From: Candidatus Bathyarchaeota archaeon
Lineage (GTDB): Archaea; Thermoproteota; Bathyarchaeia; Bathyarchaeales; Bathycorpusculaceae
Assembly: GCA_963717465.1 (NCBI GenBank)
Contig: OY970340.1
Location: 2,144,001-2,208,000 of the forward strand
Direction: 5' to 3'
DNA: 64,000 bases
This document shows, in pieces, positions 39,991 to 50,824 of this stretch. Numbering within the stretch: the stretch's first letter is position 1; every line of letters starts with the position of its first letter. Made by a program: the position numbers and the translations under genes. A model generated the notes under the pieces. The model made no database searches, was not told the origin of the DNA, and was given only the letters and a program-made list of their open reading frames with translations.

Positions 39991-40920
39991 TTGAAGGTCA
40001 CTAATATCAGATTTTCCGAAAAGTTGCTATCCGACGCTGACAAATTGGCGAAAAAGCATGGGCTCAACCGCTCTGAAATCATACGCCAAGCGCTAACTGT
40101 CTACTTGCACCTAGTCGAAAACATGGGAACAATGCTTAGACCCGTGGCCTTTCAAGTTAAGCCTTCACAGATTAATTATATGCGCAAAGGAGACGTCTCA
40201 ATTTTAAGAATTCCCACGGGGCACGCAATCGTCGTTGGGTCAACTTCTTCCGGAGCTGTAGGGCCCAAATCAATGGATAAGATAAAAGTTGACGGAAGAG
40301 TACTTGGTAAGTTTCTCGCCAGGGTTGGCTTAATGGACGTCGCTGCAACGGGTGCCTTTCCAATTATGCTTTCTGCGACCTTAGGTGTAGAGAAAGAGCC
40401 TACTGGACGCGAAATTCTGGAGGGCATGCGACGTGAGGCTGCTGTACTTGGGCTTGAACCAAACCAAGTCTTAATGGAAAACACTGAGGAGAATTTTGAA
40501 ACAGTGCAAACAGGAGTTGGCTTAACCGTGGTTGGCTTTGCAAATGAAGAAGAGCTTCGAGTGGGGAAAAGTATGCCTGGAGACTTATTGGTTGCTATTG
40601 GCAAGCCTAAGGTGGGCAACGAAGTCATTTCTTCTGAAGCTAAAGGTGAAATAGCTGACTTAAAAAGCGTAATTTGGCTTAGCCAAAAAAAATATATTCA
40701 TGACATTGTGTCTGTTGGCGCTTTTGGAATCGCTTATGAAGCTAGAATGATGGCTCAAGCAGTTGGACGACAGTTGAAACTATCGGAGAACATGGTGGTG
40801 GATATAGAGAAATCCGCTGGACCTGCAACAGTGGTTCTCGTCACCGTAAACTCGGAAAAGTTTGAGGAGTTAGCTTCAGTTATCAAAAAACCTGTGGCTA
40901 TAATTGGAGAAATATTATAA
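39991..40920 (+). CDS. RHH-fused alpha-ribazole kinase-like (CblS, PurM-like) protein
   Basis: N-terminal RHH (TNIRF...NRSEIIRQAL); GAVGPK..D, TEENF.T.QTG.G, G.PKVG.EV, KSAGPAT. Confidence 0.75.
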   Translation: MKVTNIRFSEKLLSDADKLAKKHGLNRSEIIRQALTVYLHLVENMGTMLRPVAFQVKPSQINYMRKGDVSILRIPTGHAIVVGSTSSGAVGPKSMDKIKVDGRVLGKFLARVGLMDVAATGAFPIMLSATLGVEKEPTGREILEGMRREAAVLGLEPNQVLMENTEENFETVQTGVGLTVVGFANEEELRVGKSMPGDLLVAIGKPKVGNEVISSEAKGEIADLKSVIWLSQKKYIHDIVSVGAFGIAYEARMMAQAVGRQLKLSENMVVDIEKSAGPATVVLVTVNSEKFEELASVIKKPVAIIGEIL

Positions 40921-40944
40921 TTAAAAGTGCATATCTCAGAGAAA

Positions 40945-41907
40945 TTAAACGATCAGTGCTATAAGAGCTAAAATTGAAAAAACTACAATCACGCCAAACA
41001 AGATTGCAGTTACACACATTATCCTCCATGCCCTAGTAATGTCCCCGGTTGAAATCTTCGTTCCATCTCCAAGGGCATAATTGTTTTCCTTTTCAAGTTG
41101 AGTATTTAACGCTCCCGCCATAGCTGAAATTGTCCATCCAGCATTCGGGCTTGCAGTTTTGTTTTTATCTCTTTTTAGAATTCGCCAAGAATTCCGCCAA
41201 TTCGCACGCAGCAATCCAGCTGAAGCAACCATTAAAACCGCAGTAATCCTTGTTGGGACATAATTGGTTATTGTGTCCATTTTTGCGCTGAACCATCCGA
41301 TATTCACGTTTACTTGGTCTTTGTATCCTACCATTGAATCTAAAGTGCTGATGGCTCTAAAAGCGAAAGCGCCTGGAACTCCAAATAAAGCAAAGAAGAA
41401 AAACGGTGAGGTTACTCCATCTGTTGTGCTTTCTGCTATGGACTCAACTGCCGCGGAAATAATGTGCCGTTCATCTAACTCGTTTGGGTTGCGGCGTACA
41501 ATGAAAGGCAGCCACTCTCTAGCCCTGTTTAGATCTTTTTCCTTCAGAGCTTTTTCAATCGGATAAGTGTAATGACGCATGCCTTTGAGTGAAAATGTAG
41601 CTTTAAACATCAAGGCACCTAAAATTATGTATATCAGCGTGCCCCAAACAGGAATTTGCAGAACTGCCCACAAAATGACTCCTGCTGGAACTGCGAAAAG
41701 TACAATCAGCCCAACGCATAAAAAAACACCATTAATTTTTTCAACCTGTGGATTTGAGTTTTTGATTTTTGGCTTAAAAAAAGATATAACTTTTCCCATC
41801 CAAACCGTAGGATGTACGCGATCGGGAATCTCGCCGAAAATCAAATCAATCAAGAGCGCTAAAACAAAAATTAACAATGAATCCAAAAAAAATGCAGTAT
41901 CAAACAT
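40945..41907 (-). CDS. cbiB: Adenosylcobinamide-phosphate synthase
   Basis: D...GE...HPTVWMG, ESIAES..DG, TLDSMVGY, SPNAG. Confidence 0.9.
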   Translation of the reverse strand: MFDTAFFLDSLLIFVLALLIDLIFGEIPDRVHPTVWMGKVISFFKPKIKNSNPQVEKINGVFLCVGLIVLFAVPAGVILWAVLQIPVWGTLIYIILGALMFKATFSLKGMRHYTYPIEKALKEKDLNRAREWLPFIVRRNPNELDERHIISAAVESIAESTTDGVTSPFFFFALFGVPGAFAFRAISTLDSMVGYKDQVNVNIGWFSAKMDTITNYVPTRITAVLMVASAGLLRANWRNSWRILKRDKNKTASPNAGWTISAMAGALNTQLEKENNYALGDGTKISTGDITRAWRIMCVTAILFGVIVVFSILALIALIV

Positions 41908-41926
41908 ATTTCGGCTTCAAACCTGT

Positions 41927-43052
41927 CTATCCATAGACTTCCTTTAGTGTCTCAAGCAGTTTTTTATTTTCGTCTCTTGTTTTAATTGCAATCCTGACAA
42001 AGTATTCATCTAAACCTGTAAAAGAGTTGCAGTCTCGAATTAGAACTCCCTGCTTAAGCATTTTTTCCTTAAGCTGCGCAGCTGTCCAACCTGATTTTCT
42101 GATATCGATAAATAGGAAGTTTGCGTCAGGCGGATAAATCTTGAAAGCCTTAAATTGTTTAAGCTCTGCTAGGAGAAATTTTTTTTCTTCTTTTATTAGT
42201 TTCAAAGTTTTCGTTAGGTGTTCTTCGTCTTTGAGAGCTGTAATTGCTGCTGATTGAGCTAAACAGTTAGCGTTCCAAGGAATCTTATTGCTTAACATAT
42301 AGCTGACAAGCTCTTCACAAGCAATTCCGTAGCCGACTCTCAAGCCAGTTAAACCATAGATTTTCGTGAAGGACTTTAAGATGAAAAGGTTAGGGTATTC
42401 TTCTATTTTATTTATGAACGTCAGCTTTTCTTGGTTTTCGACAAATTCTAAGAAATCTTCATCAAGAAAAACTAATGTACTATTTTCCAGTGCAGTTTGA
42501 ATAATAAACTCTAAGTCTTTTGTTGAAGTTAAATTTCCTGTTGGGTTGTTCGGGTTGCATAAAAAGAAGATTTTGGCTCCAGCAATATCTTTGGTGAAAG
42601 TTGCTTGTTCAACTTGAAAATTTTTATTTAACAGTAAGAATTTTACTTGCTCTCCCGTTCTTCTTATTGCGCCTTCGTACTCGCTAAAGCTGGGTGCTGG
42701 AATAACCGCGAAATCGTCTTTTTTCATGAAAATGTCCGCAAATAGGTAAATTAGCTCAGTTGAGCCGTTTCCAATTACGATGTTTTCCTTGCTAAGTGAA
42801 TAGTGATTTGCGATTGCTTCCCTGAGCTGGTTTGAGTTAGAATCTGGATATTTTGGGATCTGCCAAAAATTATCTAGTTATTGCTTCAAGAGCTTTGGGT
42901 GAGGGACCGATGGGATTTACGCTTGAACTAAAGTCTAAAATGTCAACAGGCTTTAAACCAGTCTGTTTGGCTGCAGCCAAGATCTGACCGCCATGAACGC
43001 ACGGCTTAAAATTCCTCAAATTGTCTTTAACTAAGCTTTCGATTGGCTTCAT
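41927..43052 (-). CDS. cobD: Threonine-phosphate decarboxylase (frameshift near 42872)
   Basis: HGG, DFSSSVNP.GP, CNPNNPTG, KSFTKIYGLTGLRVGY, IRDC..F.GL. Confidence 0.85.
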
Positions 43053-43074
43053 TATTTTTCCTCGTGATATTAAA

Positions 43075-44288
43075 TCAAATTAAGTTTAAGAGTATCGGCA
43101 TGACGTTTTTGCCTTGAATTCGTTTTAAGCCGCCCTTATACATTGCTTTTTCATTAAACTCAACGACTTCGTCTCTTACTATCTCATTGCTTGCTATTGA
43201 GATAGGCACTGGGTCGCCTGTGTGTTTTCTGGTTTTGCAGGATGTAACATGATCAGGCATTAAGGCTATAGCGACTTCTTCAAGGTTCACGTTATCCAGT
43301 ATTGTTCCCACCATTGTGTCAATTTTTTTGATTATACCTATTTTTCCTTGAATATCTCCGTTGTGGCTGGCTTCGTCAGGTGCTTCAACATGTACAAAAA
43401 CAAAATCATCCGTTCGAAGCGCGGCTAATGCTGCTTTAGCCTTTGCATTAGTGTCTGTATCAAGCTCGCCTGTGGCTCCAGGAACATCTACAACAGACAT
43501 GCCTGTTAATTTGCCGATGCCCTTAATGACGCTAACTGCAGCGACACATGATGCCTTCAACTTGTATTTTTCATAGAATGATTGAAGGACTGGCGTTTTG
43601 CTTCCACTCCAAGGAATCACAACGTTAGCAGGAAGTTTTCCTTTTGCCTTGCGCTGTAAGGTTAACAGGATTATTTTCAAGCAACGTATTAGAGGTTTTC
43701 ACAAACTCATTTAGCACTTCAGCGGTTTTTTTCGCTTCACTCGAATCGTCTAAAGGTTTGATCAACCCAATTGTACTGCCCACTTTAGGCAGTGTAACCG
43801 CAGACACATTGGCTGAGAGTTTTTCACCCCTAAGTACTAAAGCGCCTTTAAACCCCAATGTCTGCTTGAAAATAACTTCAACATCCGAATTTTTCTTTAA
43901 TTTTATATTCGCAACCTCTCGCTCTAAGTGCTTTAGCTTCCTCTCGAATGCGTCCTGCCCTTTCATCAACTAACATCAATTCTTTATTTACTGTTGCAAA
44001 GTTGCATCTGAACGCTGTGTCTCCGGTTTCAAGCTTTATTCCTGCTCCTGTAGCCTCAAAAGGTCCTCTTCCAGTGCAATTTTGTCCCTCGTAACCCAGA
44101 ATAGATAAGTTTGCAGCGTCGCTTCCAGGAGCAACTCCTAATGCTACTGAGTCAAGTAAACCGGAAATACCGTTGGCCGCTAACCTATTCATATTTCTTG
44201 GTTTGGCTGCTTGAAGCGGTGTTTTGTAATCCAGTTCCTTTAACGGTCGATCTGCCATTCCATCGCCGACTATGACGATTAGGCGCAT
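43075..44288 (-). CDS. ApgM-like alkaline-phosphatase-superfamily phosphomutase (two indels)
   Basis: [44 protein letters not shown]. Confidence 0.85.
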
Positions 44289-44372
44289 ATTTTTTTCTCC
44301 TGGCTGCTTTGCTTTGCCGTAAGTCTATTATTTAGGTGTTGTTAGTGGGGTTTGCAAATCATATAAACATTT

Positions 44373-44389
44373 GGATGGATAGTCCAACC
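44373..44389. promoter_or_regulatory. Palindromic operator-like site, copy 2 (imperfect)
   Basis: ggatggatagtccaacc between the divergent apgM-like gene and cbiZ, next to catataaac. Confidence 0.55.
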
Positions 44390-44441
44390 GGAAATATTAT
44401 TATAGAACCAACTAATAAAACAGCGCAAAGGTGTAGTCATC

Positions 44442-45452
44442 ATGAAGCAAGTTGATTTGTTAGGCGTTAAAGGCAAAATCGTAATCAAAAATAACGTGCT
44501 ATTGATAACCAGTCAAACAGACATGACAACTGTTAGCTCCGCATTCTACAATGGTGGTTTAACAAAAACTAGAAACATCCTCAATATTCAAGTGTCCGGA
44601 TACAACCAAATAGAACTTCACAACGACCCGTTCATACCGATAAAACATGCCCAAAAAAAACTACAGCTAAACGATGATTTTGTCGCAATGCTCACTATTG
44701 TAGATATTAACAAGATGGCGTTTGTTTCTGCTAAAGCAGGCGAAATATCTATAAACGTGATTGCAACAGGAGGCTGCACTCACCCTGAATCCGCAGGAGA
44801 AAAAATTGATTCAACAGTAACCGCAGGAACAATAAACACTTTCGTCTTAGTGGATGGCAACCCTTCAGGCGGCGCTTTGATGAACTTATACTTAACAGCA
44901 ACTGAAGCCAAGGTTGCCGCTGTGCAAGATTTGGATGTTCGAAGCCGATACACCGGCGTCGCAGCCACAGGAACAGTAACAGACAGTTTGCTTGTGGCGG
45001 CTTCTGGTAAAGGTGAACGTTTCGATTTTGGCAGTCCCGCCTCGCCAGTAGGTCAAATAGTCGCACAGTGCGCCCGCAAAGCCGTTCGGCAAGCAATCCT
45101 AAACTACGAGTCTGAAAAATACGGCGGCTCCATCGCGACTCGATTAAAGGATAGGCAGTTGACAGTGGAACGGTTAGCTGGCGAGATTTCAAAAATTGAA
45201 GGCTTTCACAAAAACAAAAAGGCACTTGCTGCTGAAATTGAGAAAATATTGCAGGACGAATCATTAGCCATTTACTTGCTTGCAGCAGCAAAACTAGATG
45301 AAGACTGCGAAAAACAACTTATTAAATCCCAACTTTCCACTGCTTTTGGAAGTTTTTCACCAGCGAATCCAGTAAGCTTTAATAGCGATTCAGCAAATCT
45401 GCCGCAATTCACTAAACACGCCCTACTGAACTTACTTTTAAACAGAAAATAA
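44442..45452 (+). CDS. cbiZ: Adenosylcobinamide amidohydrolase
   Basis: SSAFYNGG, GTINT, TEAK, ATGTVTD. Confidence 0.85.
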   Translation: MKQVDLLGVKGKIVIKNNVLLITSQTDMTTVSSAFYNGGLTKTRNILNIQVSGYNQIELHNDPFIPIKHAQKKLQLNDDFVAMLTIVDINKMAFVSAKAGEISINVIATGGCTHPESAGEKIDSTVTAGTINTFVLVDGNPSGGALMNLYLTATEAKVAAVQDLDVRSRYTGVAATGTVTDSLLVAASGKGERFDFGSPASPVGQIVAQCARKAVRQAILNYESEKYGGSIATRLKDRQLTVERLAGEISKIEGFHKNKKALAAEIEKILQDESLAIYLLAAAKLDEDCEKQLIKSQLSTAFGSFSPANPVSFNSDSANLPQFTKHALLNLLLNRK

Positions 45453-45566
45453 AGGCAATTTCTATTTTTGTTTAGCGCGATTTATTGTGTCAAAGTTTAG
45501 TTGAAGGTATCGCCGCTTAAATAGCATCATCGGTTAATTTTGAATAAAAGTTGTGCAGCAATTTTC

Positions 45567-46316
45567 TTATACACTGCCCTTTTTCAGAGTTACAATTGAT
45601 GCTGAGAAGAAAAAAATTCCGTAGCCTATGAGCACTAAGAAGGACAACCATGGGAAAGACTGGTTCAACGCCGCCGCTCGCAAACACAGACTTGAATGTG
45701 TAAGCGGCAATAGATAAAGTGCAATCTTTAAGGCTTCAGGCACTTGATTCAAAGAGAAAAAAGTGCCACATAGAAAAGTCATGGGTAAAATAACTAAGTT
45801 GCTGAAATTCCATATTTTCTCATGCTCATTGAAGACTAAAGCGATAAGCACTCCAAATAACGCAAAGACAAAACAAGAGATAAGCAGTGTTAATATGAAA
45901 ATTGGGCTAACAGTTAGCGTCGGCAAAAGGACAAGCCCCACAAGCAGTATAGCAACCGAGCTGATTAAGCCACGAACCACGCCTATTAACGCCTTGCCCC
46001 AGACAATCGAATAAAAACTAACTGGAGACATTAAGAAATTGTCGAAGCTCTTGTAAAATAGTTTATCCATCTGAAGCTTTGATGAAGAACCGTTGTAGCT
46101 GGATGAAAATGCTGTCAAGGCAACAATCCCTGGAATGACAAACGCCAGGTAGCTTTCGCCTTCAATGTTGACGGCGTTTCCTAAGCCATAACCGAAAGCT
46201 ATTATGTATAAAAGAGGCTGCACAAGGCTAATGAGTACCGTTGAACGCCAATGATGACGCAAGTTCTGCAAATCTACCCAAAAAATGGAATAAGTGTCTT
46301 TTAGTGAGTCAAGCAT
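45567..46316 (-). CDS. ABC-2 type permease
   Basis: Y.AFVIPG, GKAL, PM.FL.GTFF, LPLTH. Confidence 0.85.
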   Translation of the reverse strand: MLDSLKDTYSIFWVDLQNLRHHWRSTVLISLVQPLLYIIAFGYGLGNAVNIEGESYLAFVIPGIVALTAFSSSYNGSSSKLQMDKLFYKSFDNFLMSPVSFYSIVWGKALIGVVRGLISSVAILLVGLVLLPTLTVSPIFILTLLISCFVFALFGVLIALVFNEHEKIWNFSNLVILPMTFLCGTFFSLNQVPEALKIALYLLPLTHSSLCLRAAALNQSFPWLSFLVLIGYGIFFFSASIVTLKKGSV

Positions 46317-47182
46317 TATGCGTCACTGACCTTCTGCCCTGTGCTTTCTACAAAAACATCTTCTAGGTTAGTATCGCGGATAGTAATTGTCTTAATGTTT
46401 GGCGATAAATTTTGAACAAACGTGCTAGCTGCTGCTCGATCAGCAAAGAATTGGTAGTGAGTCTCTTTGTTATCTACTAGTGTCTCAACAGCGATTGGTC
46501 CCAAGTTCTTACGCAATTCCATAGGTGTGTCAACAGCGATCAAGCTACCCTTATGCATAATGCCGACACGTTTGCAGAGTGCCTCGGCCTCCTCAATATA
46601 GTGAGTAGTGAGAAAAATTGTTGTCCCATCCGAGTTTAATCGACGAACTAAATCCCAGAGGCGACGTCGCGCTTGAGCATCCAGACCTACTGTTGGCTCA
46701 TCCAGAAACAATAGTTTTGGTTTATGCAAAAGGCTGCAGACTATTGCGGCCCTCTTCTTCATTCCGCCCGAAAGAGTGTCTACCATTTTATCAGCACACT
46801 CTCCGAGCTCGACATAATCTATCAACTCGGCTATGCGTGCCTTGCGTTCTGATGAGCTCAGACGATGGAGTCTAGCGTTAAACTCCAAGTTTTCTCTAAC
46901 TGTCAAATCCCAATCTAAAGTAAGATGCTGTTGCACTACACCGATAATCCGCTTAACTTTATCTGGCTCTCTTGTTACGTCAAAACCTCCCACAGATGCA
47001 TAACCCGAAGTCGCGTGAGTTAAAGTAGTTAAGACACGGATGGTTGTGGTTTTTCCTGCTCCATTAGGTCCTAAAAAACCAAAAATTTCTCCACTTTGAA
47101 CTTTCAAATCGAGGTCGCGGATAGCTTTAGTGTTTCCGTAAGTCTTATTCAGTTTTTCAGTTACGATAGTTCCTTCAATCAA
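46316..47182 (-). CDS. ABC ATPase (DrrA-like)
   Basis: GPNGAGKTT, LSGGM, LDEPT.GLD. Confidence 0.9.
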   Translation of the reverse strand: MIEGTIVTEKLNKTYGNTKAIRDLDLKVQSGEIFGFLGPNGAGKTTTIRVLTTLTHATSGYASVGGFDVTREPDKVKRIIGVVQQHLTLDWDLTVRENLEFNARLHRLSSSERKARIAELIDYVELGECADKMVDTLSGGMKKRAAIVCSLLHKPKLLFLDEPTVGLDAQARRRLWDLVRRLNSDGTTIFLTTHYIEEAEALCKRVGIMHKGSLIAVDTPMELRKNLGPIAVETLVDNKETHYQFFADRAAASTFVQNLSPNIKTITIRDTNLEDVFVESTGQKVSDA

Positions 47183-47204
47183 CGAAATCCGCCTTTAGTT
47201 TTTG

Positions 47205-48525
47205 CTAAGCAGTTTTCTTAGATTTTAAGTGATCGACGACGCTTTGAGGGACCTCTCCGGACAGTTTGGACGTTTGAACGTGGATATCAAGCTTGGATAA
47301 AAGTTCATTTTGAGTTTTTACGAAGATTGCTCCCATTTTTTTTAGTTCGTCTAAGCATGCTTTTGCTTGTCCTTTAGTGAAGTCTCGGCTTTCTATGGGC
47401 ACTTGGTCTAATACTATTACATTAACTCCTTTTTGGAGAGCTTCTTTGGCTGCTTGCAAGTTCTCCAAGTTGCCATAGCCGAATGGAACAGAGGAAATGA
47501 CTGTAAAGTTAGCTTTTTTAATCATTTCCAAATTTATTTTCATTGATTTGTCGGTTATGGGTGAAAATGGGGCTTCACTAGCTACGGGTATATTGAGATA
47601 TTGTGCTGTTTCATAGTCAGTGTCTAAGACGTTAAGAACTCCAGCAGTAACCAAGTAGCCTTCGTTTTGAAAGATTTTCATGAGTTCAGCTCCCGTTCCT
47701 GCGCCACAAATCAAGTGAATGGAGCAGTTTTTGGGTGCAGGAGGCTTGGTGACTGACATGAGGTTAACGTATAATGAGCCTGTAACCGAGTTTTTCTTAA
47801 CTATGGCCTCGACATTGAACACGTTTTTTATGTTCTCGTTGGTTATAACTTGCTCTATAGTTCCTGCAGCATACACCTTGCCGCTTTTAAGAAGCAAAGC
47901 GTAGTTGCAGTAGCGCGCAGCCATATTCAGGTCATGGATAACTGCCAGTACCATAAGTTCCTCTTTTACGCAAAGGCTTTTCATCAAATCCATAATCTCA
48001 AGTTGATTAACTATGTCTAAATGTGTCAATGGTTCATCAAGGAGCATAATTCTTGGCTCCTGCGCTAGCGCCTGTAGCGATAACAACTCGCTGCTTTTCA
48101 CCGCCGCTTAACTCGTTTATGGGTCTTTGAGATAGATGCCATGTATTTGTGAGGTTCATGGCTTTTTTGGCAATTTCGAAATCTTTAGCGCTTTCCATCT
48201 CAAACCTGTTTAAGTGGGGGTTTCGACCCATTAGAACAATATCGAGCGCGCTAAAGCTGAATCCTATGCTGCTTTCTTGGGGAACAACCGCAACGTGTTT
48301 GGCGACATCGATACTTTTCATTAGGTAAACGTCATTGTTGTCGAGCGTTATAGCGCCCTTGTGCGGTTTGAGAGTTCTGCTGATGCTCTTAAATAAAGTG
48401 CTTTTACCAGAACCATTTGGTCCGAGGATTCCGATGAAATCTCCTTTTTTTACGGTTAGGGTGACGCCTTCCAAAACCTTAGTGGAGCCGTAATGGCATT
48501 CGACGCCTTCAACATTCAGCAGCAA
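47205..48525 (-). CDS. btuD: Corrinoid ABC importer ATPase with C-terminal extension (frameshift near 48068)
   Basis: GPNGSGKS, LSGGEKQRV, LLDEP..HLD, HDLN.A. Confidence 0.8.
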
Positions 48526-48538
48526 AGTTTTAGCCTTC

Positions 48539-49618
48539 CTAAAGTGAGTAAGTGGTTTTCTTCCTTCTAAGCAGGTAGATGAAGAAAGGCGTTCCCAGCA
48601 AGGCAGTTATTACTCCAACTGGCAATTCTGCAGCACCCGTAGCTACCCGAGCAATAGCGTCACAGCATATCAAAAAGATTGCGCCTACAATTGTTGAGGC
48701 TGGAAGTAGGATGCGGTGATCTGGCCCGATTATGAGTCGGGTCATATGAGGAACTATTAAGCCTACAAAACCGATGATTCCGCTGATCGATACCGCTGCT
48801 GCAGTCATCAGAGATCCTAAAATTAGTAAAATTTGTCGCACTCTTTCCGTGTTAACGCCTAATTGTTGAGCCGTATCATCGCCTAACGCAAGCAAGTTGA
48901 GGTCGCGAGCAAAAAAATACGATATTGAAATACCTATTACAAGGAATGGCAAAACTTCCCAAACATTTAACCAACTCATGGCGCTAAAACCACCTGCAAG
49001 CCAAGCAACTATTCCAGTAAGAGCTTGCCCTGACCGCAACTCCATGAGTGTTTCAATTGCTAACAAGAAAATGTTGACTACGATCCCTGAAAGCAATAGA
49101 GTTGTTACTGGAACCCTGGAGCCAACTCTTGAAATGGAGTAGACCACCAAAATCGTAGCCATCGACACAACGAAAGCAAAGATTTGGTAAATGCTGGGAC
49201 CAAACAATGAAACAAGAGAACTGAAATACAGGACGGCAGCGATAAAGCCTACTGAAGCGCCTGCTGAAGCGCCGAGCAAATATGAGTCAGCCATTGGATT
49301 CTTGAAGACACCTTGATATAATACTCCTGCAGCAGCTAACGCTGCACCAACCAGTGCAGCTGCCATGATGCGTGGAAAGCGAATCAGCATAATTATTGCT
49401 GCATCGCTTGGCGATATTATTGTTGATGCAAGAGTTTTGCTTAAAAAAGGAATGTTTTTTCCGATTATGATCATAATTTCGGAAAATGAAATTGGCGCAT
49501 AACCAACGTTAAGGCAGATAACTATAGCTGCGATTAACGTAAGAATTAGAAATACGATTATTAATTTCCAGTGCGAAGAACGCTTATTGTATGACCCTTC
49601 GAGTTTATCTGCGCTCAT
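48539..49618 (-). CDS. btuC: Corrinoid ABC importer permease (FecCD family)
   Basis: RFPRI, NPMAD.YLLG, GIIGFVGLIVPH, ELPVG. Confidence 0.85.
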   Translation of the reverse strand: MSADKLEGSYNKRSSHWKLIIVFLILTLIAAIVICLNVGYAPISFSEIMIIIGKNIPFLSKTLASTIISPSDAAIIMLIRFPRIMAAALVGAALAAAGVLYQGVFKNPMADSYLLGASAGASVGFIAAVLYFSSLVSLFGPSIYQIFAFVVSMATILVVYSISRVGSRVPVTTLLLSGIVVNIFLLAIETLMELRSGQALTGIVAWLAGGFSAMSWLNVWEVLPFLVIGISISYFFARDLNLLALGDDTAQQLGVNTERVRQILLILGSLMTAAAVSISGIIGFVGLIVPHMTRLIIGPDHRILLPASTIVGAIFLICCDAIARVATGAAELPVGVITALLGTPFFIYLLRRKKTTYSL

Positions 49619-49705
49619 TCTTTAGCTCCAGTCATGTAGACGGGAAGCTTTCTTTGAGACATTACAATTCTTCCTAAAATAGCCTCTGACTAGAAATAAA
49701 AATAT

Positions 49706-50701
49706 TTAGGATGTTGAATTGAAAAGCTGCGGATACAAGCAAGCTGCGAGATCTTGAATTAATATGCCGATTCTTGGTCCTGGTTCACTGAAAAGGTCTT
49801 CATTAACAACGTATATTTGATTATTTTGCAAGGCACTTATTGTATTCCACCCTGTCCTTGCTTGAACATCAGCTGTCGTTACACCTAAATCATCTAGTAT
49901 GATGACATTGGGATTAAGCGTAATTATAGACTCCTGATCTACGGTAGGCCATGGGTCTGTGACATTAGCGAAAATATTAGTTCCTCCCGCCTGATGGATT
50001 GCATCGCTTATCCAAGTGGTTCCACCTACGCTTATGTAGCCTGTTGTGCTGCTCCAGACTTCAAAGTAAACGTTAACTGGTGTTGTAATATTTGCGTCGG
50101 CAATTTTTGTTGATATATTTGTTATTGTGCTGCTTATGTTGGTATCAAGTGATGCTGCTTGCGCCTGAGCTCCTGTTGCTCTGCCTACCAGGTCTATGTC
50201 TTGTTCTATGCCAGTCACTATGGTTGGGTTGAGTACTATTACTTTGTACCCGTCATCTCTTAGTGTTGCAATGCTTTGAGCGTCACATTGACTATCCGCT
50301 ATGATTAAGTCGGGAAGAGCAGAAGCAACGGCTTCCAAATTGGGTGTCCCATAGGCCCCATCAAACGTCATGTTGCCAGCTACAACCCAAGCGGTGAAAT
50401 TGTAGGGGTAATCTTCGCTTACGACATCAGGAGAATTTAACGCGCCTGTCACGGCTACTACCTTGTCGCCTACGCCTATAGCAAAACATATTTGTGTGGC
50501 ACTTGGCGCTAAGGAGACAATTCTTTGAGGTGTCGAAGTTAGGTTGGTTACGTATCCGTAGTCGTCTACTACTGAGATTTGAGCATTCTGCGATTGAAGG
50601 TTGTTGATTTGTGAAGAAAAACTGAGGTATATGAACAGTGAAGAAACGATGGCTATTATAGTTATAATTGCGGCTATGTAAGTTCCTGTTTTGTTACTCA
50701 T
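49706..50701 (-). CDS. btuF: Corrinoid ABC substrate-binding protein
   Basis: N-terminal TM anchor, PQRIVSLAPS, PNLEAV, EPGPR. Confidence 0.85.
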   Translation of the reverse strand: MSNKTGTYIAAIITIIAIVSSLFIYLSFSSQINNLQSQNAQISVVDDYGYVTNLTSTPQRIVSLAPSATQICFAIGVGDKVVAVTGALNSPDVVSEDYPYNFTAWVVAGNMTFDGAYGTPNLEAVASALPDLIIADSQCDAQSIATLRDDGYKVIVLNPTIVTGIEQDIDLVGRATGAQAQAASLDTNISSTITNISTKIADANITTPVNVYFEVWSSTTGYISVGGTTWISDAIHQAGGTNIFANVTDPWPTVDQESIITLNPNVIILDDLGVTTADVQARTGWNTISALQNNQIYVVNEDLFSEPGPRIGILIQDLAACLYPQLFNSTS

Positions 50702-50717
50702 TTTTTGATCATCCTGC

Positions 50718-50738
50718 TTGGTTGGATAATCCAACCAA
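50718..50738. promoter_or_regulatory. Palindromic operator-like site, copy 3
   Basis: ttggttggataatccaaccaa between a TATA-like box and the btuF start. Confidence 0.7.
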
Positions 50739-50824
50739 ATATTTAAAACTTACGACACGATTAAACTAAAAATAAAAAAGACGAGTGAAAAAGAATAAGC
50801 TGAATAAGTACAGGTGAAACGTGT

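Noticed and set aside
44749..45291. 180-aa antisense ORF and similar shadow ORFs (e.g. 5258..5674, 20857..21303, 40176..40628, 56922..57305)
   Set aside because: They overlap well-supported genes and show no recognisable motifs
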